Shown piece by piece: positions 47,372-57,772 of a DNA stretch of 64,000 nt; position 1 is the stretch's first letter, and every line of letters begins with the position of its first letter. The stretch spans positions 1 through 64,000 of the forward strand of contig CAVSLC010000023.1 of assembly GCA_963728565.1 (NCBI GenBank), in the 5' to 3' direction. A program made the position numbers and the translations under genes. This stretch comes from an uncultured delta proteobacterium. Its GTDB lineage: Bacteria; Desulfobacterota; Binatia; UBA9968. Under the pieces are notes generated by a model that was not told the origin of the DNA, did no database searches, and worked only from the letters and a program-made list of their open reading frames with translations.

Positions 47372-49411
47372 ATGCTAGGCGACAGGCAACCAGGACAGTT
47401 CCGAATCATTTCGGGGTTCAGTGCGCAGGGGGATCAACCTGACGCCATCGAGAAGCTTTATTCGGGCATTGAGCAGGGGAAAAGGCACCAGGTTTTACTC
47501 GGAGTCACCGGATCGGGGAAAACTTTTACCGTCGCCAATGTCATCGAGAGGGCCAATAAGCCGACTCTGGTGTTAGCGCCGAACAAGACACTTGCCGCCC
47601 AGCTCTACAATGAATTCAAAGAATTATTCCCCGAAAACGCAGTGCGTTATTTCGTCAGCTATTACGACTACTACCAGCCGGAGGCTTATGTGCCTTCGAC
47701 GGATACCTTCATCGAGAAGGACTCCGCCATCAACGACGAGATCGACAAGCTGCGGCACTCGGCGACCAAGGCTTTGCTCGAGCGCCGCGACACCCTGATT
47801 GTTGCCAGTGTTTCATGCATCTATGGTTTGGGTTCGCCGGAGGCCTATTTCGAGTTGATGGTTTACCTCGAAGAAGGCGCCAGAGTAGAGCGCGATCAAA
47901 TGCTGCGCAAGCTCGTCGACATTCAATACCAGCGCAGCGATTTTGATTTTCATCGAGGGACTTTCCGGGTGCGCGGCGACTGTGTTGAAGTATTCCCCGC
48001 GTATGAGGACAAGTCGGCGCTACGCATCGAGTTCTTCGACGATACCGTGGAAGGCATCTATGAAATCGATCCGCTGCGCGGCAAAGTGCAGCGTCGGGTG
48101 GATAAGGCAATGGTGTATCCGGCGAGCCACTATGCGACCACGGAAAGCCGCATGAAACAGGCGACACGAGATATCCGTGTGGAGCTCAGAGAGCGTTTGA
48201 AGGAGTTACGCGATCAAAACAAGTTGCTCGAGGCTCAGCGACTGGAACAGCGCACGTTGTACGATCTCGAACTGCTGGAGGAAATGGGTTTCTGTCCCGG
48301 CATTGAAAATTACTCGCGTCATCTGACCGGACGCAGGCCGGGCGAGCCGCCGCCGACATTGCTCAGCTATTTCCCCGAAGATTTTTTGCTGGTGATTGAC
48401 GAGAGTCACGTGACCGTGCCGCAGGTCGGTGGTATGTATCGCGGCGACCGCTCGCGCAAGGAGACTCTGGTCGAATACGGCTTTCGCCTGCCTTCGGCTT
48501 TGGATAACCGGCCGTTGAATTTCGGCGAGTTTGAAGCCTGTCTGAATCAGGTTATCTATGTCTCGGCTACGCCGTCGAACTTCGAGATGGAAAAGGCCGA
48601 TGGCGTCGTTGTCGAACAGGTGATCCGCCCCACCGGATTGATCGATCCGGAGGTGACCGTCAGACCGGCCCGTAACCAGGTTGACGATCTCCTGGCGGAA
48701 GTCCGCAAACGAGTGGAGCGCAAGGAACGGGTTCTCGTCACGACCTTGACTAAGCGCATGGCTGAGGATTTGACCGACTACTATCAAGATCTCGGCGTTA
48801 AGGTGCGCTATCTCCATTCCGACATTGAAACGATCGAACGTGTGGAGATTATCCGGCAATTGCGAATGGGAGTTTTTGATGTGCTGGTCGGGATAAACCT
48901 TTTGCGCGAAGGACTCGATTTGCCGGAGGTCTCACTGGTCGCCATACTCGATGCCGACAAGGAAGGATTTCTGCGCTCCGAACGTTCGCTCATCCAGACC
49001 ATCGGCAGGGCCGCCCGTAACGTCCATGGCAAAGTCATCCTTTACGCCGATTCTATGACCGATTCGATGAACCGGGCCATCGATGAGACCAACCGGCGGC
49101 GCAGTTTACAGACAACTTTTAATAGCGAAAACGGCATCACTCCGCAGACGATCATAAAGGCCCTCGGTGCGCCGCTGGTGAAAATTTATGAAGCCGATTA
49201 TATCGAAATCCCGCTCGCCGCTGATGGCACCACGCGCTATGCTCCCGCCGATCTCACCCGGAAAATCAAACAACTCAAAAAGGAAATGAAGCAGGCATCC
49301 GGCAAGCTCGAGTTCGAAAGGGCGGCGGAGTTGCGTGACCAAATCCGCGAGCTTGAAGTCCGCGAGCTGCAGCTGCGCGAGGGCGGGCTCTCAGCCGCCC
49401 AGGAGTTTTAG
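47372..49411 (+). CDS. uvrB: Excinuclease ABC subunit B
   Basis: [55 protein letters not shown] and FERAAELRD. Confidence 0.98.
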   Translation: MLGDRQPGQFRIISGFSAQGDQPDAIEKLYSGIEQGKRHQVLLGVTGSGKTFTVANVIERANKPTLVLAPNKTLAAQLYNEFKELFPENAVRYFVSYYDYYQPEAYVPSTDTFIEKDSAINDEIDKLRHSATKALLERRDTLIVASVSCIYGLGSPEAYFELMVYLEEGARVERDQMLRKLVDIQYQRSDFDFHRGTFRVRGDCVEVFPAYEDKSALRIEFFDDTVEGIYEIDPLRGKVQRRVDKAMVYPASHYATTESRMKQATRDIRVELRERLKELRDQNKLLEAQRLEQRTLYDLELLEEMGFCPGIENYSRHLTGRRPGEPPPTLLSYFPEDFLLVIDESHVTVPQVGGMYRGDRSRKETLVEYGFRLPSALDNRPLNFGEFEACLNQVIYVSATPSNFEMEKADGVVVEQVIRPTGLIDPEVTVRPARNQVDDLLAEVRKRVERKERVLVTTLTKRMAEDLTDYYQDLGVKVRYLHSDIETIERVEIIRQLRMGVFDVLVGINLLREGLDLPEVSLVAILDADKEGFLRSERSLIQTIGRAARNVHGKVILYADSMTDSMNRAIDETNRRRSLQTTFNSENGITPQTIIKALGAPLVKIYEADYIEIPLAADGTTRYAPADLTRKIKQLKKEMKQASGKLEFERAAELRDQIRELEVRELQLREGGLSAAQEF

Positions 49412-49631
49412 CGGCGATCCCGGCGATTTCCAGGCGCGCCAACGATGCCGGGTGCCCGGTCTGCCGGTAACGCCGCGTCGTTCAATCATCCGCACCGGTT
49501 AGATTTTCCGGCGGCATCAACTTCTGCTGCAAAGCAACGCCGGCGATGAAGACGTTGACGGATCGAGCTAAATGACCGGCTTGGGGCGCAGTTGTCGCCC
49601 GGCAGCGGGACCAACTGATATACTGAGATCG

Positions 49632-51485
49632 ATGCTTTCCGTGGATGAAAAAGTGACCAACCTTCCGTCTCGCCCGGGGGTCTATCTGATGCGCGACGCG
49701 GCAGGAAAGGTGATCTATGTCGGCAAAGCCAAGGACTTGCGCGCGCGGGTGAGATCGTACTTCAATCGCAGCGATGGACGTTCACAGATTGAATTCCTGC
49801 TAAGGCGGGTCGGAGATCTCGAAACTCTGGTCACCAGCAATGACAAGGAAGCTCTGATTCTTGAAAACAATCTGATCAAGCAATACAAACCCCGTTACAA
49901 CATTCGTCTCAAGGACGACAAGAGCTATTTGAGCATCAAGGTTACCACCCGGGACGTATGGCCGCGTATTTTCACCACCCGCAAGATCGTCAAGGATGGC
50001 AGCCGCTACTTCGGTCCGTTCTCGTCCGCAGTCGCGGCGCGTGAAACTGTAGACATCATCGAGAAGCATTTTCTTTTGCGTAACTGCACGGATCACAACT
50101 TCAAGAATCGCAGCCGGCCCTGCTTACAGTATGAAATCAAGCGTTGCTTGGCGCCGTGCGTCCTGGCAGTGGATCCAGAGGAGTACCGCGAGCAGGTACG
50201 TCAGGCAAGCTTGTTTATCGAAGGGCGGCAACACGAATTGCTCGCGGAACTCCGGCAGCGCATGGCGGCCAAAGCCGAGGCAATGGAATTTGAATCGGCG
50301 GCTAAGATCCGCGATCAGATCCAGGCGGTCGAGAAAACTCTCGAAAAACAGCGAATGGTTTCTCATTGGGGCGCGGATCAGGATATTTTCGGCCTTTACC
50401 GCGAAGGCGGTTACATCGAGGCTCAGGTGCTGTTCGTGCGCCAAGGGAAACTGACCGGGACGCAAGCTTATGCACTGGAAGATTTGGATTTTTCCGATGA
50501 GGAAATCCTGGGCTCGCTGCTGACGCAGTTCTACCAAGGACAACGCTTCATGCCAGACGAAATCTTGCTGCCCGTGGAATTGGAAGATCGGGATACCCGG
50601 GCCGAGTATCTGAGCGAGCGCAAAGGCAAGAACGTGAGCCTTCATGTGCCGCAGAAGGGCGACAAGCGCAAGCTGGTCGAAATGGCGCAGCAGAATGCCC
50701 GGCAGAGCTTTACTGAACGTCACGATCAGGAGAAAGCCCGTGAGAAGATGCTTCAAGAATTGCAGGCGCAGCTGCGCTTGAAGCGCTACCCGCATCGGAT
50801 CGAGTGCTTTGACATCTCGATGATTCACGGCGCAAATGCGGTCGGCTCTCAGGTTACGTTCATCGGCGGCGAACCCGACAAGGCGCACTACCGTCATTAT
50901 CGAATTCGCACCATCGACGCTTCCGGCGGTGGCGATGATTTCGGGATGATGTTGGAAGTTCTGAAACGCCGCTTTACACGCGGCAAGCGAGAGGAAGAGA
51001 TGCCCAACCTGGTGGTGGTCGACGGCGGCAAAGGTCAATTGGCAATGGCGTTGGCGGCCATGCGTGAAGTCGGAGTCGAAGGAGTCGACGTGGTCGGTCT
51101 GGCTAAAATGCGCGTGCAATCTGCGCCACGCAGCGCCGAGATCGAGCGATCGGAGGAGCGCGTGTTCCTGCCGGGACAGAGTAATCCGGTGACGTTGAGA
51201 CGTAATTCCAATGCCTTGTTTCTCTTGCAGCGGGTGCGCGATGAGGCGCACCGTTTCGCAATTACGCACCACAAGAAACTCCGTTCCAAGCAAACTCTCT
51301 CCTCAGCCTTGGACGGTATTCCCGGGATCGGGGCGACGCGCCGGCGCGCCTTGCTGCGCGCGTTCGGCAGCGTCAAGGGGGTTGAACAGGCGAGCCTGGA
51401 TGAGTTAATGCAGGTTCCAGGCATGAACCCAAAGCTCGCCCACCAACTCTGGCAACTATTTCACCCGGCTCCGCCTCTGCAGTAA
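49632..51485 (+). CDS. uvrC: Excinuclease ABC subunit C
   Basis: PGVYLM, YVGKAK.LR.RV.SYF, P.YNI.LKDDK.Y, IECFDIS, VDGGKGQ, RDEAHRFA and HhH GIG. ATG at 49632 preferred. Confidence 0.97.
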   Translation: MLSVDEKVTNLPSRPGVYLMRDAAGKVIYVGKAKDLRARVRSYFNRSDGRSQIEFLLRRVGDLETLVTSNDKEALILENNLIKQYKPRYNIRLKDDKSYLSIKVTTRDVWPRIFTTRKIVKDGSRYFGPFSSAVAARETVDIIEKHFLLRNCTDHNFKNRSRPCLQYEIKRCLAPCVLAVDPEEYREQVRQASLFIEGRQHELLAELRQRMAAKAEAMEFESAAKIRDQIQAVEKTLEKQRMVSHWGADQDIFGLYREGGYIEAQVLFVRQGKLTGTQAYALEDLDFSDEEILGSLLTQFYQGQRFMPDEILLPVELEDRDTRAEYLSERKGKNVSLHVPQKGDKRKLVEMAQQNARQSFTERHDQEKAREKMLQELQAQLRLKRYPHRIECFDISMIHGANAVGSQVTFIGGEPDKAHYRHYRIRTIDASGGGDDFGMMLEVLKRRFTRGKREEEMPNLVVVDGGKGQLAMALAAMREVGVEGVDVVGLAKMRVQSAPRSAEIERSEERVFLPGQSNPVTLRRNSNALFLLQRVRDEAHRFAITHHKKLRSKQTLSSALDGIPGIGATRRRALLRAFGSVKGVEQASLDELMQVPGMNPKLAHQLWQLFHPAPPLQ

Positions 51486-51495
51486 AAGCGGGTTC

Positions 51496-54048
51496 ATGGC
51501 GCCATCTTCTGAGCAAATCGCGCCAACGGTCCCAAGAGCTATTCGGCCATCAACTTGGCTGTTTGCGCTGACCGGCTCGCTTTTGCTGGGTCAATTGGCG
51601 GCGGCCTCGCCAGTCGTTCTCTCCGCTGATCTGGTGTGGTTATTGTTGGTTCCTTTGGTCCTCCTCATCGACCCGCTCGCTAAACTGAGATGGCTCGCGA
51701 CGCTAATCGCCGGACGCGATGTAACTAGCCAACGTAGTACGATCACTAGAAACTACCAATCCCGGGCGCTGCTCGCGATGGTAGCGGGATCGATGTTTGC
51801 TTTGGGCTATTTCCGTCATCACCAGCTGTTGCTTCCGATTTTTCCGGCGAATCACCTTCGCTCGGTCATGAACCAGAACAGCGATTTCTTTTTAGAAGGG
51901 GTGCTGCTGCGCGAACCGGAAAGACTGCCGAACCGGAGCCGATGGTATTTGCGCGCTGAACGGATATGGCACCCGACGGGCGCCGAGGAGATCTCCGGTG
52001 ATCTGCTGTTGAACGTCCGGCAGCTTCGCCGTGAGTGGCACTACGGCGATCGCATCCGCGCGCAGATTCGGCCAACTGTGCCCAAAGACAGTGGCAATCC
52101 GGGTGGGTTTAATTACGCCACGTATTTATCGCGACGTCAGATTTATGCCATCGGTTTTTTAGAGAGCGACGAAAAGATCGAGTTGGTGGAGCGCGCGCCG
52201 GATCGATTGCGTGGCGCGGTGGAAAGTCTGCGCCGAAAAATCCGTCGCTACATCGAAAGCTACTTTACTCCCGAATCCGGCGCCCTGATGAAGGCGCTGG
52301 TGATCGGAGACATGGGAGAAATTCCAAAGAAGACGCGCTCCGACTTTACGGCCGCGGGAGTGAATCATGTTTTATCGATATCCGGGCTGCATGTGGCGAT
52401 GCTCGGTTTGGTGGTGTTTTGGCTCGTGCGCTGGCTCGGTTCGTTCAACCTTTATCTGCTGTTGCGCTGCAATTTGATCAAAATTGCGACCTTTTGCTCG
52501 TTTGTTGCGGTGATTTTCTACACCGCGCTGGCCGGTGCCATGGTGCCGACGGTGCGCTCGGCGATCATGATCGGAATTTATGAATTGGCTGTCTTGCTGG
52601 ATCGAGAGGAAGAGGTTCTAACCAGTCTGACGTTTGCCGCGTTGCTAATAGCGTTGGTCTGGCCCGGCGTAATCGCCGATATCTCCTTTCAGCTTTCGTT
52701 TCTCGCGGTCTTTTCGATCGCCTGGGGAATGCGTCAAGTTTTTAGGACTGTCGCCGCGCCCGAGAAGGACCGCTTGCCTCAGGAGCGAAGCCGGATAAAA
52801 CCAAAGCTGCGCTCGATTGGAATGCATTTGGCTGTGCCGCTCCTGGCGACCATCGGCACCGGACCATTGATCGCGCACTATTTCGGTCATCTCTCGTTGG
52901 CCGGTTTCGTGTCCAATCCGATAGTCGTGCCGTTGATTGGCTTTGTCATCGTACCGCTGGGGCTTGCGATCAGTTTCGTCTCTCTGGCATGGCCGGAGTC
53001 TGTCACCGCTTTAGTCTCGATCACAGAGTGGCTTCTGTGGTTATCCGGATGGTTGGTGGAATGGTTTGCTAGCCTTCCGTTTGCTCATATCTCAGTACCC
53101 GCGCCGGATCTGTGGGAGATTGGCGCCGTGTATTTTTTGATCGCTTCTCTACTCTGGCTCAGGAAAAGCCGCCGCGCCGTGATTGCCGTCGGTTTGAGTA
53201 CGTCGATATTGATTGCGGATGTTGCCTACTGGGGCCGCGAACGCTGGGCACGCCCAGAACTCAGAGTGACTTATTTGAATGTCGGCCAGGGAGATGCGGT
53301 CGTTATCGAGTTTCCCGGCGCCAAAACTTTGCTGATCGACGCCGGAGGCACAGCCACCGGCGAGTTCGATACCGGCGAAGCGATTGTCGGTCCCTATCTC
53401 CGCTCTCGCAAGATACTGAAAGTCGATTATCTTTTAGTCAGCCACCCGCGCATCGATCACTATGGTGGAATGGCATCGATTGTCAGAGAGTTCACGCCCG
53501 AGCAATTCTGGTCGGGCGCTGCCAAGGGACGAACGCGTCGATTGGAGGAGTTGGATGAAATCCTCGACCGGTCCAAGGTCCAGCGGGTCAATTTGACCAA
53601 CGAAGCACCGTGTCGTTCGATTGAAGGAGTGAGTCTGTGTTTCCTTTATCCGCCGGCCGATCGGACCGACGACGTTTCGGTGGTACTACAGCTGCACTAT
53701 GGTAAAGCGCGCTTGCTTTTCACCGGAGACATCGACAAACGCGACGAGCAGTTTCTGTTGCAAAGCGCGGCCCGGATCAACAGCGCGGTTATGAAGGTGC
53801 CGCGTCACGGCAGCGCTTCGGCGAGCACACCGGAATTCATTTCGGCCGTGCAACCCAGGCTGGCGGTGATTTCAGGAACCACTAGAAACGCGCGCGCTCA
53901 GAAGCAAGAGCTTGCGGACCGTTATCGCGATGCCGGCGCAGAAATTCTCCGCACCGAAGAAGACGGGGCCATCATCATCACGACCGATGGCAATGACTTG
54001 CGTTACGAAAGCGTCAAGAGCGGTAAACGGGGCCAGATCAAACTCTGA
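51496..54048 (+). CDS. comEC: ComEC/Rec2 DNA-uptake channel (OB + competence + MBL-fold domain)
   Basis: NPGGFNY, HVLSISGLH, RSAIM, SFQLSF, NVGQGDA, LIDAG and FTGDI. Confidence 0.92.
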   Translation: MAPSSEQIAPTVPRAIRPSTWLFALTGSLLLGQLAAASPVVLSADLVWLLLVPLVLLIDPLAKLRWLATLIAGRDVTSQRSTITRNYQSRALLAMVAGSMFALGYFRHHQLLLPIFPANHLRSVMNQNSDFFLEGVLLREPERLPNRSRWYLRAERIWHPTGAEEISGDLLLNVRQLRREWHYGDRIRAQIRPTVPKDSGNPGGFNYATYLSRRQIYAIGFLESDEKIELVERAPDRLRGAVESLRRKIRRYIESYFTPESGALMKALVIGDMGEIPKKTRSDFTAAGVNHVLSISGLHVAMLGLVVFWLVRWLGSFNLYLLLRCNLIKIATFCSFVAVIFYTALAGAMVPTVRSAIMIGIYELAVLLDREEEVLTSLTFAALLIALVWPGVIADISFQLSFLAVFSIAWGMRQVFRTVAAPEKDRLPQERSRIKPKLRSIGMHLAVPLLATIGTGPLIAHYFGHLSLAGFVSNPIVVPLIGFVIVPLGLAISFVSLAWPESVTALVSITEWLLWLSGWLVEWFASLPFAHISVPAPDLWEIGAVYFLIASLLWLRKSRRAVIAVGLSTSILIADVAYWGRERWARPELRVTYLNVGQGDAVVIEFPGAKTLLIDAGGTATGEFDTGEAIVGPYLRSRKILKVDYLLVSHPRIDHYGGMASIVREFTPEQFWSGAAKGRTRRLEELDEILDRSKVQRVNLTNEAPCRSIEGVSLCFLYPPADRTDDVSVVLQLHYGKARLLFTGDIDKRDEQFLLQSAARINSAVMKVPRHGSASASTPEFISAVQPRLAVISGTTRNARAQKQELADRYRDAGAEILRTEEDGAIIITTDGNDLRYESVKSGKRGQIKL

Positions 54049-54083
54049 GGACTCGGGTTTTACGGGAGCTGCGACGCCTTTTT

Positions 54084-55022
54084 TTAGCTCAACGCCTTGA
54101 GCTCCTCGATGTAGTCTTTGAACCCGCGTTCCAAATCATACTCTGGCTCCCACTCCAGGATTTGTTTGGCTCTGGTGATTACCATTGGCTGCTTGGCGGA
54201 ACGAGGCTTCTGCCCCGGCATTATTTCCACCTGCAGATTGGGCAGGAGTTTCTCGGCCGTGGCGACCAAATCGTCAAACTTGATGACTACGCCTGTGCCG
54301 ATATTAAGTGTCACCGGCATCGACAGAGGTGTGATCGCTGCCTTATCGAGAGCTCGGCCCAGATCTTTGTAGTAAACATATTCGAAGTCGCGCGCCACTT
54401 CTTGCGCAACCTTTACCACACCGCCGCGGATTCCGGTCTGGAGCATGTTCTGCACCATCTCACCGCCGCCGGAGCCGCCGGCAAAGTGGCCGACCCCATA
54501 GACATTGGCGAGCCGCAACGTGATCAGCTCGAAGCCATATAGCCGTTGATACGCTTCTACCATGAGTTCCTTAGCGACTTTGGAGTTGCCATACGCTTCG
54601 CCGGGCCCGCGGTGGAAACTTTCGTCAATTGGACCGGGCTCCCCGCCGCGCCGATCGTAAATGCCGAACGTGCTGATCTGTACCAGCCGCTTCACCCCGG
54701 TTAAACGTACCGCCTCGGCGACATTGATCGTGCCCATCACATTGATCTGCATGCCGGTATAGATCGGCTGCGCGACCTTGCCGCCGATCAGTCCCGCTGT
54801 GTGGATGACGGTATCAATTTTATATTTCAGGATCGTCTCGATCAGCGCCGGCAAGTCGCGGACATCGCGCTGAACAACCGTCACGTTAGCCATGCCCAGC
54901 TTATTCGCCAGGAAGTCTTTCCTTGGGGCAATATCGTAGAAAACGATGCTTTCGCCGCGTTTGAGAGCGAGTTGAGCGTAGGACGTGCCGACCAAGCCCA
55001 GCCCGGTTATTAGTGTCGCCAT
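54084..55022 (-). CDS. NAD-dependent epimerase/dehydratase (extended SDR)
   Basis: ITGLGLVG, HTAG, NVMGT.N, YGNSK and R..NVYG. Confidence 0.88.
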   Translation of the reverse strand: MATLITGLGLVGTSYAQLALKRGESIVFYDIAPRKDFLANKLGMANVTVVQRDVRDLPALIETILKYKIDTVIHTAGLIGGKVAQPIYTGMQINVMGTINVAEAVRLTGVKRLVQISTFGIYDRRGGEPGPIDESFHRGPGEAYGNSKVAKELMVEAYQRLYGFELITLRLANVYGVGHFAGGSGGGEMVQNMLQTGIRGGVVKVAQEVARDFEYVYYKDLGRALDKAAITPLSMPVTLNIGTGVVIKFDDLVATAEKLLPNLQVEIMPGQKPRSAKQPMVITRAKQILEWEPEYDLERGFKDYIEELKALS

Positions 55023-55177
55023 AGGACTCCTCTGTGACTCCGTAATTTACTCCCCTTACTCCGGCAAGCCGAAAATGTCCAGGCTGAATCCATTTCATCA
55101 GGCCTGCCGGGCCTATCAATTCGCGATTGGGTAAATTGTCGCCCAATCGCAGCAGCATGTGATATGGATTGTAAGGA

Positions 55178-55550
55178 ATGAAAGTTCCGCAACGACCTGA
55201 GAGGCCAACAAGTTCTTGGTTCTCGGGCTTTGCGAAGTTAACCGCAAGGATCACCGGCAAGCCGTTGACATTCATGATCGCTGTTTCGGTTGTCGCGGCA
55301 TGGGCGGTTACGAGTCCACTGTTCGGATTCAGCGATACCTGGCAACTGGTGATCAATACCGGAAGCACGCTCATCACTTTTTTATGGTTTTCCTCATACA
55401 AAGTACTCAAATCTTGATTCTGAGGCGAGGCAGGTGAAATTAGACGAACTCATGCGCGCGACGCACGGTGCGCATAAGGCATTGTTGGATCTGGAAGAGC
55501 TTGAAGAACAACTCGACCGGATCAAAGCAGGCGTTTTATCGTTTCGCTAA
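55178..55550 (+). pseudogene. Low-affinity iron permease (Fet4-like) family gene with two frameshifts
   Basis: Pieces in three frames reconstruct FSDTWQLVINTGSTLITF / MVFLIQSTQ / DSEA.QVKLDELMRA...LLDLEEL; breaks near 55383 and 55411. Confidence 0.8.
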
Positions 55551-55571
55551 GATCGAGGCCGAAGCCGACAC

Positions 55572-56288
55572 ATGCCCAATCCAACACCACAGATTATTCC
55601 CATTGGCGGCGGTGGATTTTATCGGGACCCGGAGAATCTTGCGCTCGAGCGTTACATCCTAGCGCAAACCGGCGTTGCCCAACCGCGCGTGCTCTTCGTC
55701 CCGACCGCCAGCGGCGAGCCGGACCATTATGTTGCGAGTTTCTATGCGGCATTCCTGAAACTGCAATGCCGTCCTTCGGTGTTGTCGTTGTTCAAAAGGA
55801 CGCCGGATCTGCGCTCGTTACTGCTCAGTCAAAATGTGATCTATGTCGGCGGCGGCAATACCAAGAGCATGATTGCCTTGTGGCGCGATTGGGGCGTGCC
55901 GGAATTGCTCCGAGAGGCATGGCAGTCGGGAATTATTCTCACGGGCGTGAGCGCGGGGGCGATCTGTTGGTTTGAGCAAGGGCTGACGGACTCGTTCTCA
56001 GATGGGCTGCGTCCGCTTGGCTGTCTCGGTTTCGTTCCCGGCAGTTGTTGTCCGCATTACGATGGCGAACCGCAGCGGCGGCCATCTTATCACCGGCTTC
56101 TGGCCAGCGGAGAGATTTCCGCCGGCGTGGCAATCGAAGACTGGGTCGGGATTCACTACAAAGGGGCGGAGATTCATCAAGTGATCGGAGCAAAGCCTGG
56201 CGCCCGGGCTTACAGTATGCGCAGCGTGTATGGCTCGGTGCAGGAAGTGCCGTTGCCGGTGGAATACCTGACGCAAGCCTCAGAGTGA
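55572..56288 (+). CDS. Peptidase E (family S51, class I GATase-like fold)
   Basis: IGGGG, FVPTASG, IYVGGGNT, GVSAGA nucleophile and PHY. Confidence 0.88.
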   Translation: MPNPTPQIIPIGGGGFYRDPENLALERYILAQTGVAQPRVLFVPTASGEPDHYVASFYAAFLKLQCRPSVLSLFKRTPDLRSLLLSQNVIYVGGGNTKSMIALWRDWGVPELLREAWQSGIILTGVSAGAICWFEQGLTDSFSDGLRPLGCLGFVPGSCCPHYDGEPQRRPSYHRLLASGEISAGVAIEDWVGIHYKGAEIHQVIGAKPGARAYSMRSVYGSVQEVPLPVEYLTQASE

Positions 56289-56339
56289 GAATTTCACAAC
56301 GCTCGATTTATCAGAGTTGGCCAAACAAAAGCACGGATT

Positions 56340-57350
56340 TTATAGTTCGCGCTCGATCATGAAGGCTGCGAGATCCCCAACGCGGCAGCTATAGCCCCAT
56401 TCGTTATCGTACCACGCCAAAATTTTTGCCATTTTCTCTTCCAAGATGACAGTACATAAACCATCTACTATGGAGGAGGCCGGATTCCCGCGGAAGTCGC
56501 TGGAAACCAGCGGTTCATCGCAATAAGCCAGGATGCCGTCGAGATCACCACGGGCAGAGCTCTTCAGCGAATCGTTAATCGCTGCTGCCGAGGCCGGCCT
56601 TTTCAGGTCGACGACTAGGTCGACAATGGAAACACTCGATGTCGGCACTCTGAGCGAGAGACCGTGAAGTTTGCCTTTGAGCTCGGGCAGGACCAGTCCG
56701 ATGGCCTTGGCCGCGCCGGTGGTGGTCGGGACGATGTTGGCAGCGCCGGCCCGGGCGCGGCGCATATCGCTGTGCATCAGATCGAGAATGCGCTGATCGT
56801 TGGTGTAGGAATGTGTGGTTGTCATCAGTCCGCGCTCGACGCCGAAATTCTCATGTAAGACTTTGGCCAGCGGAGCAAGACAGTTTGTTGTGCAGGACGC
56901 ATTCGAGACGATTTGGTGTTTGTCAGGGTCGTAGGCCGACTCATTGACTCCCAAGACCACGGTGATGTCTTCATCTGTTGCGGGTGCGGTGATAATCACT
57001 TTCTTTGCCCCCGCTTCCAAATGAGCTCGCGCTTGACTGCCACTGGTAAAGAGGCCCGTGGATTCGATGACAATGTCCACCCCGAGCTTGCGCCAAGGCA
57101 GCCGCGATGGATCTTTCTCGCTTAGCACGGCGATATCCCATCCATCGATCTTGAGCTGGCCTTCGCCAATCTGGACAGTTCCCGGAAAGATTCCATAGGT
57201 CGAGTCATAACGAAACAGGTGAGCGTTCGTATGCAAGTCGGCCATGTCGTTTACGGCGACGACATTGAGCTCTTCTTTGTGACGCTCGAGCATCGCGCGC
57301 AGTCCGAGACGGCCGATCCGACCGAATCCATTGATCGCTACATTGGTCAT
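56340..57350 (-). CDS. gap: Type I glyceraldehyde-3-phosphate dehydrogenase (copy A)
   Basis: [28 protein letters not shown] and WYDNEWGYS. Confidence 0.96.
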   Translation of the reverse strand: MTNVAINGFGRIGRLGLRAMLERHKEELNVVAVNDMADLHTNAHLFRYDSTYGIFPGTVQIGEGQLKIDGWDIAVLSEKDPSRLPWRKLGVDIVIESTGLFTSGSQARAHLEAGAKKVIITAPATDEDITVVLGVNESAYDPDKHQIVSNASCTTNCLAPLAKVLHENFGVERGLMTTTHSYTNDQRILDLMHSDMRRARAGAANIVPTTTGAAKAIGLVLPELKGKLHGLSLRVPTSSVSIVDLVVDLKRPASAAAINDSLKSSARGDLDGILAYCDEPLVSSDFRGNPASSIVDGLCTVILEEKMAKILAWYDNEWGYSCRVGDLAAFMIEREL

Positions 57351-57772
57351 TTATCCTCCTGCAGATTTCGGTGAAGTTGTTGTGGGTTGAATGCGAAAAA
57401 CAAAGCAAAGTTTATTCCGCTGGATCGAATCTCGCGTCACCCGCACCTTTACCTATGAAAAACCCGCTCCAGCGGCTTTTCCGCTGACCAATATTTAGTC
57501 GATGGATGTGAGATTTTTGTGCACAATAAAGAAGAATTGTACATGTTTGACATATCATGGCACGATCTAAGTGGAGCCTCTGATCACGCAGCTTGATCGA
57601 GGCGAGGCGCCAAATGACTTCACGTCGGTGGAGATAAGTCAGGCAGATCATCTAGCGTCACGTTCAACAAAGCGGCTGAAGCCTCCAAAGCATTGCATTT
57701 TTATGTTCGATCGAGTTATTGAAATGGTTTTGACCAAGGAACTGCTTTGTAATTTCAAGGAGGAAGTGTGTA

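Noticed and set aside
50124-51293. 389-aa minus-strand ORF
   Set aside because: Antisense shadow of uvrC.
56340-57350. Second gap copy as erythrose-4-phosphate dehydrogenase (epd)
   Set aside because: It keeps the GAPDH-type H-S-Y-T-N-D-Q and RRARA segments and is very similar to the other copy.
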